Part shown: in pieces, positions 1 to 9,805 of the stretch
Layout: the number at the start of each line of letters is the position of its first letter
Position numbering within the stretch: position 1 is the first letter of the stretch
Assembly: GCF_045129435.1 (NCBI RefSeq)
Contig: NZ_JBGVJL010000193.1
Location: forward strand, 20,447 to 84,446
Length of the DNA: 64,000 nucleotides
DNA from: Ruminococcus sp.
Lineage (GTDB): Bacteria; Bacillota; Clostridia; Oscillospirales; Acutalibacteraceae
Direction of reading: 5' to 3'
Notes under the pieces: model-generated
Seen by the model: the letters and a program-made list of their open reading frames with translations, nothing else
Databases searched by the model: none
What the model was told of the DNA's origin: nothing
Translations under genes and position numbers: made by a program

Positions 1-96
1 TTTCTTATCATTCCTTATTTTTTGAAATTAAATTTCCAACTCAGACAATTTTCGGCTAAAATCTTTTTGAAAATTAAATACATTAGCGTAAATGTG

Positions 97-125
97 TTGA
101 AATTTCAGAAATTTAGTAGTAAAAT
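97..125 (+). promoter_or_regulatory. Putative sigma-A promoter of pduL
   Basis: TTGAAA (97-102), 17-nt spacer, TAAAAT (120-125). Confidence 0.5.
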
Positions 126-173
126 ATACTCAAAGCCATTGGCTGTATTTATTTATGATTGGTGGTAAAAAAT

Positions 174-743
174 ATGAAAATTATGGTAGAAACCTCTGCT
201 CGTCACATTCATGTGACAAAGGAAGTTTTCGCAACACTTTTTGGTGCAGACGCAACTCTCACTAAGAAAAAAGATCTTTCTCAGCCGGGTCAGTTTGCCT
301 GTGCAGAAAAGGTTAAGGTTGTTGGCCCTAAGGGTGAAATGATGATGTCAATTCTCGGCCCTGAGAGAAGCGCTACTCAGGTTGAGGTAGCTCTTACAGA
401 TGCAAGAAAGCTCGGCATTGCTGCTCCTGTTCGTGAGTCAGGCGATATTGCCGGCACACCTGGTTGCAAGCTTGTTGGCCCTGCAGGCGAGTGTGAGATT
501 GAGTGCGGTGTTATTGCCGCTAAAAGACACATTCACCTTACTCCGGAAGCTGCTGTTGAATTTGGCGTAACCGATAAGCAGATTGTATCTGTTAAGGTTG
601 GCGAAAACACAGGCAGAGCAACAACATTCGGTGATGTTGTTGTAAGAGTAAGCCCAAGCTACGCTCCTGCAATGCACATTGATACAGATGAATCAAATGC
701 AGCAGGTCTTAGCGGTACTGTTGACGGCGAGGTTATTCTCTAA
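174..743 (+). CDS. pduL: Phosphate propanoyltransferase / PduL-type phosphotransacylase
   Basis: Two PTAC repeats: SARHIH...LSQPGQFA, GPER...QVE...TDAR.LG, RHIH...MHIDTDE.NAA. Start set at ATG 174 after GGTGG. Confidence 0.9.
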   Translation: MKIMVETSARHIHVTKEVFATLFGADATLTKKKDLSQPGQFACAEKVKVVGPKGEMMMSILGPERSATQVEVALTDARKLGIAAPVRESGDIAGTPGCKLVGPAGECEIECGVIAAKRHIHLTPEAAVEFGVTDKQIVSVKVGENTGRATTFGDVVVRVSPSYAPAMHIDTDESNAAGLSGTVDGEVIL

Positions 744-762
744 TATTTACATATCGGCATTT

Positions 763-793
763 ACGCTCTGTCACAAAGACAGAGCGTTTTTTG
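763..793 (+). terminator. Intrinsic terminator
   Basis: ACGCTCTGTC-acaaa-GACAGAGCGT followed by a T run, between convergent genes. Confidence 0.8.
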
Positions 794-800
794 TTGCCAA

Positions 801-1589
801 TTATCTTGCCTTATCAAGAAAAGTGTGCAGAAAATCGGGGAAAATTTCTCTCCATGCTTTTTCATTATGTGCATTTTCAAAAAGCAAAACCTCATTGAAC
901 ATATCATAAGGATAGCCAACCTCAGGCAAAAGGTCATACATCATCTCTGTGCTCTGCATAAGAATTTCCTCAAGCGGATCAGCATTGCCGCAATACATAT
1001 AAATGTACGGCATATCAGAATTGACCTTAGAAAGCAAATACGCTCTCCAGTCCTCCTCGGTATATACAGCAAATGCAGGTGACAACGCACCAACAAAGCT
1101 GAATTTATCGCTGTGCTCCATTCCTTCAAAGAAAGCCTGCAAACCGCCCGATGAACTGCCGCATACTGCAATGCTCTCTTTATTTTTCTTTACAGGAAAA
1201 TTGTTTTCTACATAAGGAATAACAGTATCCGTTAAAAAGATGTCAAATAATTCTCCCTCAGGGGTGAAAATGTCATTAAAATAATCTCTGTGCTGAATTT
1301 CGCCGATACACTTAGGTGTAAGCTCGCTGTCACGATAGACATTTCCGTTATCTATGCCGACTATTACAGCGGAAAGTCCTGTGCTTTTCTGCTCACTTTC
1401 AACAGCAGGAATAACATTCCAACAGCCGTAATCCGTACTTTTTTCATCAAATAAATTTTGTCCGTCAGTCATATAAATTACAGGTAATTTTTCACCCACG
1501 TTATGACTTGGATCATATACCCATATTTTACGCTCTCCCCTGTTGTTTGGAAAGGGCAGTGTAAAAGTTTTTAATTCTGAATTAATCAT
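801..1589 (-). CDS. Alpha/beta-hydrolase superfamily esterase
   Basis: PVIYMTDGQNLFD, GSSSGG nucleophile elbow, C-terminal HNE.AW. Start trimmed to ATG 1589 (MINSELK). Confidence 0.85.
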   Translation of the reverse strand: MINSELKTFTLPFPNNRGERKIWVYDPSHNVGEKLPVIYMTDGQNLFDEKSTDYGCWNVIPAVESEQKSTGLSAVIVGIDNGNVYRDSELTPKCIGEIQHRDYFNDIFTPEGELFDIFLTDTVIPYVENNFPVKKNKESIAVCGSSSGGLQAFFEGMEHSDKFSFVGALSPAFAVYTEEDWRAYLLSKVNSDMPYIYMYCGNADPLEEILMQSTEMMYDLLPEVGYPYDMFNEVLLFENAHNEKAWREIFPDFLHTFLDKAR

Positions 1590-1682
1590 AATATCACCAT
1601 TTATATTAAACCACAAATCAAAGCCGCTTGCAAGATGTATATTTTTTAAATAGTTAATAATAATAAATTCAGAGGTGATTTT

Positions 1683-2111
1683 GTGATTAACGATAACGAG
1701 ATGCTCAATTATGTTTTGCAGAATGCTGAAATGGGCTGTAACGGAATTTCGGCAGTACGCAAACAGCTGAAAGACAACAAGGTTGACGGTGTGCTTTGCG
1801 AACAGCTCATAAAATACAGCAAGCTCTACCATTGTGCAAATACAATGCTTAGAAGGCGTGGTGCAGAAGTACATCATGTAAGTCCTGTTACAAAAGCAAT
1901 GACAAGCTATGCCGCAAACAGGGATTTAAAGCGTGACTCCTCAGCATCACACATTGCGGAAATGATGATAAAGGGCAACACAATGGGTGTAAATAAAATG
2001 GCAAGACATATGCGTGAGTATGACGGAAGCGACCCGCATGTAACAATGCTTGCCAAAAGAATGCTCGATACCGAGGAAGAAAACATAGGAGAGCTTAAAT
2101 CTTATTTGTGA
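1683..2111 (+). CDS. Conserved helical hypothetical protein (NAEMG..., SHIAEMMIKG.TMG), possibly ferritin-like or sporulation-associated
   Basis: GAGG RBS before GTG; 142-aa ORF followed by a terminator. Confidence 0.65.
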   Translation: MINDNEMLNYVLQNAEMGCNGISAVRKQLKDNKVDGVLCEQLIKYSKLYHCANTMLRRRGAEVHHVSPVTKAMTSYAANRDLKRDSSASHIAEMMIKGNTMGVNKMARHMREYDGSDPHVTMLAKRMLDTEEENIGELKSYL

Positions 2112-2117
2112 GCATTA

Positions 2118-2150
2118 CAAAAGCCACCGCTTTTTTCTGCGGTGGCTTTG
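2118..2150. terminator. Bidirectional intrinsic terminator
   Basis: AAAGCCACCGC...GCGGTGGCTTT between convergent genes. Confidence 0.75.
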
Positions 2151-2156
2151 CTATAA

Positions 2157-3509
2157 TTAAAGATTGCGGTAATGCTTTACCTTTTTAGTTGCTTTTTCTT
2201 TCTGGCGGTTGATTTTTGAAGTAATGTAGTAAATTACAAGAATTAATACGATTACTCCGACTGCAATCAAGAACCAGTATGATTTCATAATACTGCCGAT
2301 TACATTCATAACATAAAGAAAACCGCTTAATTCTACCTTTTCGCTTGGTACAAGATTAACTGTTGCAAGCTTCTGCTTTTCTGTCATTTTATCGTCCTGA
2401 TAATAAATAGTAGCAGTACCGACAACAGTGTTTGTGTCAAGCGGTGCGTCCACCGACTCCGGAACATCAGTTTCTACCGTTATCCATTTTTCCTGATAAT
2501 CTGACGGAACTATGGCACTAAAGTTCTTTTCAGGCACAAGAAGTACTGAATTCTTGCCCCATGAAAGATTTACTTTTTCTTCGCAAATCGGAGTTTTTGT
2601 TGATGCTACTGTGTTAAGTTCAAGACTTGTAAGTGCCCAACGGAAAAGATCTGCCGCATCGGTAAATGTGTAGTATTCCTCATCAACACCCTCTTTGTAA
2701 GGTGCTTTCAAAAGTACAAGCAAATAAGAATATCCGTCTGCCGAAGCTGAGGTAACAAGGCATCTTCCAGCCTGATCGGTTGTACCTGTCTTAATTCCCT
2801 TAGCGTACATATAGTAGTAATCGCCGCCACGCCACTGGTCAATAAGATAGTTTGTTGTGGTAAGCGGCTCATCATCGCCCTCGCAATAATACTCTGTGGT
2901 GTTTGTAATTTCATCAAAGTAAGGAAGCTTTAACGCATAAGAAGCCATAGTATACATATCTCTTGCTGTGGTGTAATGCTCCTCATCATGCAAGCCGTCA
3001 GGATTCATAAAATGAGTGTTTTTAAGACCAAGCTCCTTAGCCTTATCATTCATCATTTCAACAAACTTATCAATGCTTCCGTCACCAACATAGTCGGCAA
3101 GTGTCATTGCGGCGTCATTACCGGACGGTACCATCATACTGTAAAGCAAATCCTTTACAGACATTGTTTTGCCAATATGTGCCTCAAGATTTGCAACCGA
3201 ACTGCCTGTGCCTTTAAGCTTATCAAGCACTGACTTTTTAATGGTAACTCTGGTATTTTCAATATCGTCAACATTTTCAATTACAACTATGTAGGTCATA
3301 ATCTTGGTTGTAGATGCCGGATAACGCTTTGTGTCAGCCTCTTTTTCATAAACAGTCTGACCTGTATCGGTATTTACAAGCAGAATTGACTCTGACTTTG
3401 TTTGTACGCTGTTTGTAAAAGAAACAGCACCCGCAGTTGGTGCAAATGCACAGGCAAGCACAACAAGTGTGCAAAGCACCGACAAAACTCTGACAAATTT
3501 TCTTTTCAT
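2157..3509 (-). CDS. D-alanyl-D-alanine carboxypeptidase (peptidase S11)
   Basis: Signal peptide, PASTTK (SxxK), SGN (SxN), KTG, C-terminal TM anchor. Confidence 0.92.
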   Translation of the reverse strand: MKRKFVRVLSVLCTLVVLACAFAPTAGAVSFTNSVQTKSESILLVNTDTGQTVYEKEADTKRYPASTTKIMTYIVVIENVDDIENTRVTIKKSVLDKLKGTGSSVANLEAHIGKTMSVKDLLYSMMVPSGNDAAMTLADYVGDGSIDKFVEMMNDKAKELGLKNTHFMNPDGLHDEEHYTTARDMYTMASYALKLPYFDEITNTTEYYCEGDDEPLTTTNYLIDQWRGGDYYYMYAKGIKTGTTDQAGRCLVTSASADGYSYLLVLLKAPYKEGVDEEYYTFTDAADLFRWALTSLELNTVASTKTPICEEKVNLSWGKNSVLLVPEKNFSAIVPSDYQEKWITVETDVPESVDAPLDTNTVVGTATIYYQDDKMTEKQKLATVNLVPSEKVELSGFLYVMNVIGSIMKSYWFLIAVGVIVLILVIYYITSKINRQKEKATKKVKHYRNL

Positions 3510-3540
3510 AAACTCAATTACTCCTATTTCCTGATATATA

Positions 3541-5586
3541 TTAATTCAGATAATTCTGACCGTTTGAAGAAAAGAGGCGTTGCACCTCGGCTCTTAACAG
3601 TCGCAAATCATCGTGATAAAGATTTTTATAGTTAAAAATAATGAACTCGGCTATTTTCTGAGAAAGCTCAAGGCTTTTTGTATCGGCAAAGTCGGCAATC
3701 GCCATTTGCGGAAGTCCATGCTGACGCTCTCCGAAAAAGTCGCCCGGTCCACGAAGCTTTAAGTCCTCATCGGCAATTTTAAAACCGTCATTTGTACTGC
3801 ACATTACCTTTAGCCTTTGCATAGTTTCGGGATTGCGGTTATTGCTTATCAAGAAACAATACGAATCATACTTACCTCTGCCCACTCGTCCCCTTAACTG
3901 GTGAAGCTGAGAAAGTCCAAAACGCTCTGCATTTTCTATCGCTATAACTGTAGCATTCGGCACATCAACACCGACTTCAATTACAGTTGTGGCAACAAGC
4001 AGTGAAATTTCATTATTTGCAAATTTTTTCATAACCTCATCTTTTTCGGCAGGTTTCATATGTCCGTGAACAATACCGACAGAAATATCCGAAAAATCAT
4101 CGAGCATAAGCTCAGCCGCATATTCCTCTGCTGAGGCAACATTCTCAAGCTCACCCTCCTCAACGAGAGGACACACTATGTAAGCCTGCCTGCCCTGTGC
4201 TATTTCATTTTTTATAAATTCATAGCAGTTTTTACGCTTTAGCGTATTAATCGCATAGGTTTTAACAGGTTTTCGTGACGGTGGCAATTCATCAATTATT
4301 GATATATCCAAGTCGCCGAAAATAACAAGCCCCAAGGTTCTCGGAATCGGGGTTGCACTCATTACAAGCAAGTGCGGATTACTGCCCTTTGCAAGCAGCT
4401 TTGCCCTCTGTGACACACCAAAGCGATGCTGTTCATCGGTTACAGCTATGCCAAGATTATAAAAATTCGTTTTCTCGGTAATTAAAGCGTGAGTGCCAAC
4501 CACAAATGAAATATCACCGTTTTCAAGCTCAGCTCTTACAGCCTTTTTTTCAGACTCTTTCATTGAGCCTGTGAGCAATGCGGTTTTTATATCCGTATCC
4601 TTAAAAAGCTCGGTAAAGGTTTTGTAGTGCTGTCTTGCAAGAATATCGGTAGGTGCCATAAACGCTGCCTGAAAGCCATTGCGGATAACAGTATGGCACA
4701 CAGCGGCAGCCACCGCCGTTTTACCTGATCCTACATCACCCTGCACAAGTCTGTTCATCGGTCGTGTGCCTTTTGTCAAATCGGATATACACTCGCTTAC
4801 CACTCGATTCTGAGCATTTGTAAGAGTAAATGGCAAAAGCTCCTTAAATTCATCAAAATAGCTTTTTGTAATGTCAACTCCGCTTTCCCCTCGGCTATGC
4901 TCCTTTAATGAACGCATACCAAGATTTAGCACCAAGAGTTCCTCGGTAACAAGTCTTTTCCTTGCACTTGCAAGTGCCTCGGAATTTTCCGGAAAATGTA
5001 TATTCTGAATTGCATATTTCAAGTCACAAAGAGAAAAAGTTTTGCGTACATTTTCGGGTAACGGGTCGTTTACTTTGTCAGGCAAAAAAGTTACCGCCTG
5101 CTTTACGGCATTTGCAATAATCTTAGAATTAAGACCTGCCGTCTGCTTATAGACAGGGTGGATTTTTGAGCCCTCACCTACCGGTGAAAAGGTCGGAGAA
5201 ATCATCTGTGCTCCACCCATACTGCCCGTTACTTTACCATAAAAATAATACTCCGTATTTGGATGAATCATAGTGCTTATGTAGCGATTGTTAAAAAACA
5301 CAAGCTGAAGTGTACCGGTATCGTCATATACCATTCCCTTAGAAATAATGCGGCCGCCGGGCAAAACACCATCTCTTATCTGAGTGCCAAGCACAGCCTT
5401 GATGCACACATTCATTCCGTCTTGCAGGCTTTCAATTTTAGTGGTAGAACTCCAATCCTCGTAACCTTTTGGATAAAAGCTGAGCAAATCGCCAATGCTG
5501 TAAATACCCAGCTTATTAAAAAGCTCGGCTCTTTTTTTGCCTATTCCGTTTAATTTATCAATAGAAATTTTATACAGAGAAGCCAT
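3541..5586 (-). CDS. recG: ATP-dependent DNA helicase RecG
   Basis: QGDVGSGKT, DEQHRFGV, MSATPIPR, QLRGRVGRG, DLKLRGPG. Start at MASLYK. Confidence 0.97.
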   Translation of the reverse strand: MASLYKISIDKLNGIGKKRAELFNKLGIYSIGDLLSFYPKGYEDWSSTTKIESLQDGMNVCIKAVLGTQIRDGVLPGGRIISKGMVYDDTGTLQLVFFNNRYISTMIHPNTEYYFYGKVTGSMGGAQMISPTFSPVGEGSKIHPVYKQTAGLNSKIIANAVKQAVTFLPDKVNDPLPENVRKTFSLCDLKYAIQNIHFPENSEALASARKRLVTEELLVLNLGMRSLKEHSRGESGVDITKSYFDEFKELLPFTLTNAQNRVVSECISDLTKGTRPMNRLVQGDVGSGKTAVAAAVCHTVIRNGFQAAFMAPTDILARQHYKTFTELFKDTDIKTALLTGSMKESEKKAVRAELENGDISFVVGTHALITEKTNFYNLGIAVTDEQHRFGVSQRAKLLAKGSNPHLLVMSATPIPRTLGLVIFGDLDISIIDELPPSRKPVKTYAINTLKRKNCYEFIKNEIAQGRQAYIVCPLVEEGELENVASAEEYAAELMLDDFSDISVGIVHGHMKPAEKDEVMKKFANNEISLLVATTVIEVGVDVPNATVIAIENAERFGLSQLHQLRGRVGRGKYDSYCFLISNNRNPETMQRLKVMCSTNDGFKIADEDLKLRGPGDFFGERQHGLPQMAIADFADTKSLELSQKIAEFIIFNYKNLYHDDLRLLRAEVQRLFSSNGQNYLN

Positions 5587-5596
5587 AGTAACACCG

Positions 5597-5623
5597 AAAA
5601 TAAAAGGGCGTGATGACACGCCC
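5597..5623 (-). terminator. Terminator-like hairpin between the DAK2 gene and recG
   Basis: Minus strand GGGCGTG-tcat-CACGCCC followed by TTTTATTTT. Confidence 0.6.
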
Positions 5624-5682
5624 CTTAAAAATCACTTTCTACTTTTATCTCAGCCACAGGGCAAGCCAGAATGCTTACAAAA

Positions 5683-7326
5683 TTATTCTACGCTGAGGAT
5701 AAAGTAATAAACCGGCTGGTCACCCTTAACAAGAGTAATGTCTGTGCGTGAGCCAAACTTATCTGAAAGTTCGTTAAATGCAGTTTTTGCATCTTCCTCG
5801 CTGATTTCATTACCGTAAATAAGAGTGATGAAAGAAGTATCACGAGATACCATATTCTTTGCAAGCTTTACAACTGCCTTTACAGGATTCTTTTCTGTAA
5901 TGGTAAGCTTGCCGTTTTCAAGAGCAATAATGTCGCCCTCTTTGATTTTCTTACCACCAAATTCGCTGTTTCTTGCAGCAAATGTAACAAGACCTGTGCC
6001 AACACCTGTAGCTGCATCCATCATAAGCTGAGCGTTGCTCTCAGGTGAAATTTCAGAATCAAAGTTGAGCAATGCAGTCATACCCTGCGGAATTGTTCTT
6101 GTAGGAACAATAACAACATTTCTGTCTTTAACCATAGGAATAGTCTGCTCTGCTGCAAGAATAATGTTTTTGTTATTTGGGAAAACAAGTACATTCTTGG
6201 CAGGAGTTGCCATAATAGCAGCGTAAATATCGTCTGTGCTTGGGTTCATACTCTGACCGCCGGATACAACATTTGCACAGCCTAAATCCTTAAAGAGATT
6301 CTTAAGTCCCTCGCCTGCTGCAACTGCAACAAAACCGAAGTCCTCAACCGGCTCGGCAGGCTCAAAGCTTTCTTTCTTAGGCTTTGAAGCCGCCTTTGCG
6401 TTCTTATGCTGCTCCTTCATATTTTCAACCTTAACGGTTAAAAGCTGACCGAATAAAAGTGCCTTTGTGAGTGCCTTACCCGGCTGTTCTGTATGAACAT
6501 GAACCTTAATGATTTCTTCATCATTAACCACAACAACGCAATCACCTATTGTCTGGAGATAAGCTCTTAATTCATCAGGATCTGGAGCATCCTCAATATT
6601 TCTGCCAATAATAAATTCTGTGCAGTAAGTAAACTGAATGTCATCGTCAAATTCAGCCGCTGCACTTTCAAAAGTTTCTACAGTAGCCTCTGCCTTGTCC
6701 TCTGTATATTCAACCATTACACCGTCTTTAAGGTAAGAAAGCATACCCTCAAAGATTACACAAAGTCCCTTACCGCCTGCATCAACTACGCCTGCCTTTT
6801 TAAGAACAGGTAAAAGCTCAGGAGTGATTGCAAGAGCCTCGTTTGCCTTGTCACAAATGCTCTGCCATACATAAAGGCTGTCTGAATTGATTCTTGAAGC
6901 CTCTACACCCTCTTCGTAAGCCATACGAGCTACTGTAAGGATTGTACCCTCTGTAGGTTTCATTACTGCCTTGTAAGCAGCGTCAACACCGATACCGAGT
7001 GCCGCTGCAAGGCTTTTTCCGTTTACCTCTTTCATACCCTTGAGGCCCTGTGCAAAGCCTCTGAAAATAAGAGAAGTAATAACGCCTGAATTACCTCTTG
7101 CACCTCTCAGCATTGCAGAAGCCGTAATCTGAGCTACCTCGCCTGCGTCATCGCCGTTATATTCGGCAAGAGCCTTTGCGGCAGCCATTATTGTCATAGA
7201 CATATTTGTACCTGTATCACCGTCCGGAACAGGGAAAATATTAAGATCATTAATTTGATTTTTCTGTGAGCTTATATTGTTTGCACCAGAAATTATCGCA
7301 TTCTTTAAGATTTCGCCGTTAAACAT
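5683..7326 (-). CDS. fakA: DAK2-domain fatty acid kinase subunit (YloV/FakA)
   Basis: NIFPVPDGDTGTNM, GARGNSGVI, YCTEF, KVHVHT, GGQSMNPS. Confidence 0.92.
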   Translation of the reverse strand: MFNGEILKNAIISGANNISSQKNQINDLNIFPVPDGDTGTNMSMTIMAAAKALAEYNGDDAGEVAQITASAMLRGARGNSGVITSLIFRGFAQGLKGMKEVNGKSLAAALGIGVDAAYKAVMKPTEGTILTVARMAYEEGVEASRINSDSLYVWQSICDKANEALAITPELLPVLKKAGVVDAGGKGLCVIFEGMLSYLKDGVMVEYTEDKAEATVETFESAAAEFDDDIQFTYCTEFIIGRNIEDAPDPDELRAYLQTIGDCVVVVNDEEIIKVHVHTEQPGKALTKALLFGQLLTVKVENMKEQHKNAKAASKPKKESFEPAEPVEDFGFVAVAAGEGLKNLFKDLGCANVVSGGQSMNPSTDDIYAAIMATPAKNVLVFPNNKNIILAAEQTIPMVKDRNVVIVPTRTIPQGMTALLNFDSEISPESNAQLMMDAATGVGTGLVTFAARNSEFGGKKIKEGDIIALENGKLTITEKNPVKAVVKLAKNMVSRDTSFITLIYGNEISEEDAKTAFNELSDKFGSRTDITLVKGDQPVYYFILSVE

Positions 7327-7443
7327 TGCGAGCACATCCTTTATCATACAATTAAATTCATAGACATAGTTATTATATATTTTAGTGCGGAATTTTGCAA
7401 GTGAAATTCACAAAAATATAGCAAATTTTAAATTTTAGTCACC

Positions 7444-8217
7444 TTATTCAATTCTTAGCGACTCAAAAGAGAGAGTTTTGCCTGATTTGTCATCAATATC
7501 AAAAATCACACATTCCATTTTGCAGTCACCGTCTGCAAGGTCAAACCTTGCGGGCATTTTTGTGCGGAATTTATTAATAATAATTTCACTTTTTACGCCA
7601 AGAACCGAATGAATTGTGCCTGTCATACCCACATCGGTAATATATCCGCTGCCCTGTGGCAAAACCTGTGCATCAGAGGTCTGCACATGTGTGTGTGTGC
7701 CAAACATTGCCGATACCTTGCCGTCAAGGAAATATCCCATTGCTCTTTTTTCGCCTGTAGCCTCAGCGTGAAAATCCACAACAATAATATTGCTTTCAGC
7801 TTTTTTCAGCATATTTTCTGCACACGAAAAAGCACAATCAAGGTTATTATCCATAAAAGTATTGCCCATAATATTGATAACGGTAATAATCTTTCTGCCT
7901 GTATCAACATTGATAATACCTGTACCCGGAGTTGTGCCGTTCGGGAAATTCGCAGGGCGAACTATAAAAGGATTTTCATCAATAAATTCATAGGATTCCT
8001 TTCGTCTGAAAGAATGGTTGCCGAGTGTGATTACATTTACACCGCTGTCAAGCAGATAATTTGCTGAGCTTGGAGTAATTCCGTTGCCGTCGGCTGAATT
8101 TTCACCATTACAAATAACAAAATCAATGCCATTTACCTTTTTTAAAGTAGGCAATTTATCTCGCAAAAATCGACAGCCGACACTGCCCACAACATCACCT
8201 ATACATAATATCCGCAT
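7444..8217 (-). CDS. ymdB: YmdB-family metallophosphoesterase
   Basis: GDVVG, NGEN, TLGNH, DFHAEAT.EK, GTHTHV, TDVGMTG. Confidence 0.93.
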   Translation of the reverse strand: MRILCIGDVVGSVGCRFLRDKLPTLKKVNGIDFVICNGENSADGNGITPSSANYLLDSGVNVITLGNHSFRRKESYEFIDENPFIVRPANFPNGTTPGTGIINVDTGRKIITVINIMGNTFMDNNLDCAFSCAENMLKKAESNIIVVDFHAEATGEKRAMGYFLDGKVSAMFGTHTHVQTSDAQVLPQGSGYITDVGMTGTIHSVLGVKSEIIINKFRTKMPARFDLADGDCKMECVIFDIDDKSGKTLSFESLRIE

Positions 8218-8265
8218 AATATCACCTTATAATAATCTGATGAGTTTAATTATACCACAAACAAT

Positions 8266-9444
8266 CTAATCTGTCACACTAAATTCAAATGTTTGTGCAA
8301 TATTTTCGTTAAAAATATAGCTTACTTCTGCTATATAGTCATTACCGTTCATTTTAGTGTTAATTTTTCTGCTTACAATCCTGCTTTCAGGCTTTTCAAA
8401 CACCTCGTAAAGTATTGACTGAGTGAGTAATTTTTTATCAAGCGTGCTTTTATTAAGCTCGGCATCGGTTTTATTAACCTCCACTTCGCTCTGAGTAATA
8501 ATTTCAACGGGAATATCGGTATTGTTAAAATTCGGTTTTTCACAACTGTAAACGCTCACGCTGTCATCGTAAGACAAAAAGCTTAACGAGCAAGGAAACT
8601 TAAAATTTATAAAATTGCAGATATACCTGTCTGTGCGGTTGTCGGTTATTGAATAATACTCATAGCTTCTTGGCAGGGTATATTCCTTTTTATATATAAC
8701 ATCTGCCATTATTTCTGCACTTGCGTGCACATATTCTATTGTTTCCTGCTTTGATTCTACTATACCGCTGACAAGCAAATCTCCCTTTACTACTCCGCTA
8801 CCTTTTAATACCTTTGTTTCACCTCTTGAGGTTTTTATATCTGTAATAACTCCGTCATTGTTCGCCTTTACATTGCATGGCGTTTTAAAATCTGGTGTGT
8901 CGGGCTTTGGTGCTTTTTCCTCAATATTCACGCTCATTGTACTGCCCATAATATTTAGACTTATCCAACCTATCTGCTCATTTTGCATTATCAGTTTTCT
9001 CTCTGTGTTCTTAGTATCTATTGAGTTTATATAAGAACCGATTTTTACATTATCTTCTTCAAGTGCGTGGAGTATCTGCGAAGTGCTGAGAGTTTTTGTG
9101 GGCGGTGCGTCAATATACCATAAAAATTTTGAAAGCACTACTATAAGCACAATTCCTATTATACCGCCAATCACAAGTCCCACTCGCCCATTGTACCGCT
9201 GAGCATAAAACGGCAGTCCATGCCTTGCCGTAACTTGCATTTTAAGCTTTGATTTTGAGGCTATACTTCGTATATTTTTGTAGTCATACACCTGCATTGT
9301 GGCGGTTAAGCCTTTTTCTGTAGGCTTTAAATTCCACACATTTATTCCGTTGCGAGTGGTAAGGTTAATAAACCTCTCAGGAAATTTTCCGCTTGCCGAA
9401 AAATCAACATAACCCTTGCTCCACCTTATCAGCTTTAAAAGCAT
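8266..9444 (-). CDS. yqfD: Stage IV sporulation protein YqfD
   Basis: GYV...PERFIN, single TM, V.KGDLLVSG; directly downstream of a YqfC-like gene. Confidence 0.85.
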   Translation of the reverse strand: MLLKLIRWSKGYVDFSASGKFPERFINLTTRNGINVWNLKPTEKGLTATMQVYDYKNIRSIASKSKLKMQVTARHGLPFYAQRYNGRVGLVIGGIIGIVLIVVLSKFLWYIDAPPTKTLSTSQILHALEEDNVKIGSYINSIDTKNTERKLIMQNEQIGWISLNIMGSTMSVNIEEKAPKPDTPDFKTPCNVKANNDGVITDIKTSRGETKVLKGSGVVKGDLLVSGIVESKQETIEYVHASAEIMADVIYKKEYTLPRSYEYYSITDNRTDRYICNFINFKFPCSLSFLSYDDSVSVYSCEKPNFNNTDIPVEIITQSEVEVNKTDAELNKSTLDKKLLTQSILYEVFEKPESRIVSRKINTKMNGNDYIAEVSYIFNENIAQTFEFSVTD

Positions 9445-9458
9445 AGTAACGCCTCGCT

Positions 9459-9746
9459 TTATGTAATAAAATCAATTCCCGTAATAAATCCCTCAATCAC
9501 AACATCAAAGGCAGAAATGCACTTTACTGTAAGCCCTCTGCCACACACAGACACAACCATTTTGCTGGTGTTTATCTTTATATTCTCGCTTTCGTACCGC
9601 AAAACACCTGTTGAACCTTCAATGGTAATTCTTCGGTTGCCGAGCATTTCAAGCATTGGCAAGCCTGAGTTTAAGTCAATCGCCACTGAGTTTGTCGATT
9701 GATTTTTAGGTTTATCGTTTTTTCTCTGCAAAATATATCTCTCCAC
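9459..9746 (-). CDS. yqfC: YabP/YqfC-family sporulation protein
   Basis: GNRRITIEG..GVLRY...G.GL...IEG.I; synteny with yqfD. Confidence 0.8.
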   Translation of the reverse strand: MERYILQRKNDKPKNQSTNSVAIDLNSGLPMLEMLGNRRITIEGSTGVLRYESENIKINTSKMVVSVCGRGLTVKCISAFDVVIEGFITGIDFIT

Positions 9747-9805
9747 TCCAAAGCTTTATTATTATTTTTATGCAGAGTGTCACATATATATTAATGGTGA
9801 TTGCT

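Noticed and set aside
1590..1877. N-terminal extension of the 801-1877 ORF
   Set aside because: It overlaps the + strand gene at 1683-2111 and an AT-rich intergenic gap; the esterase fold starts at ATG 1589.
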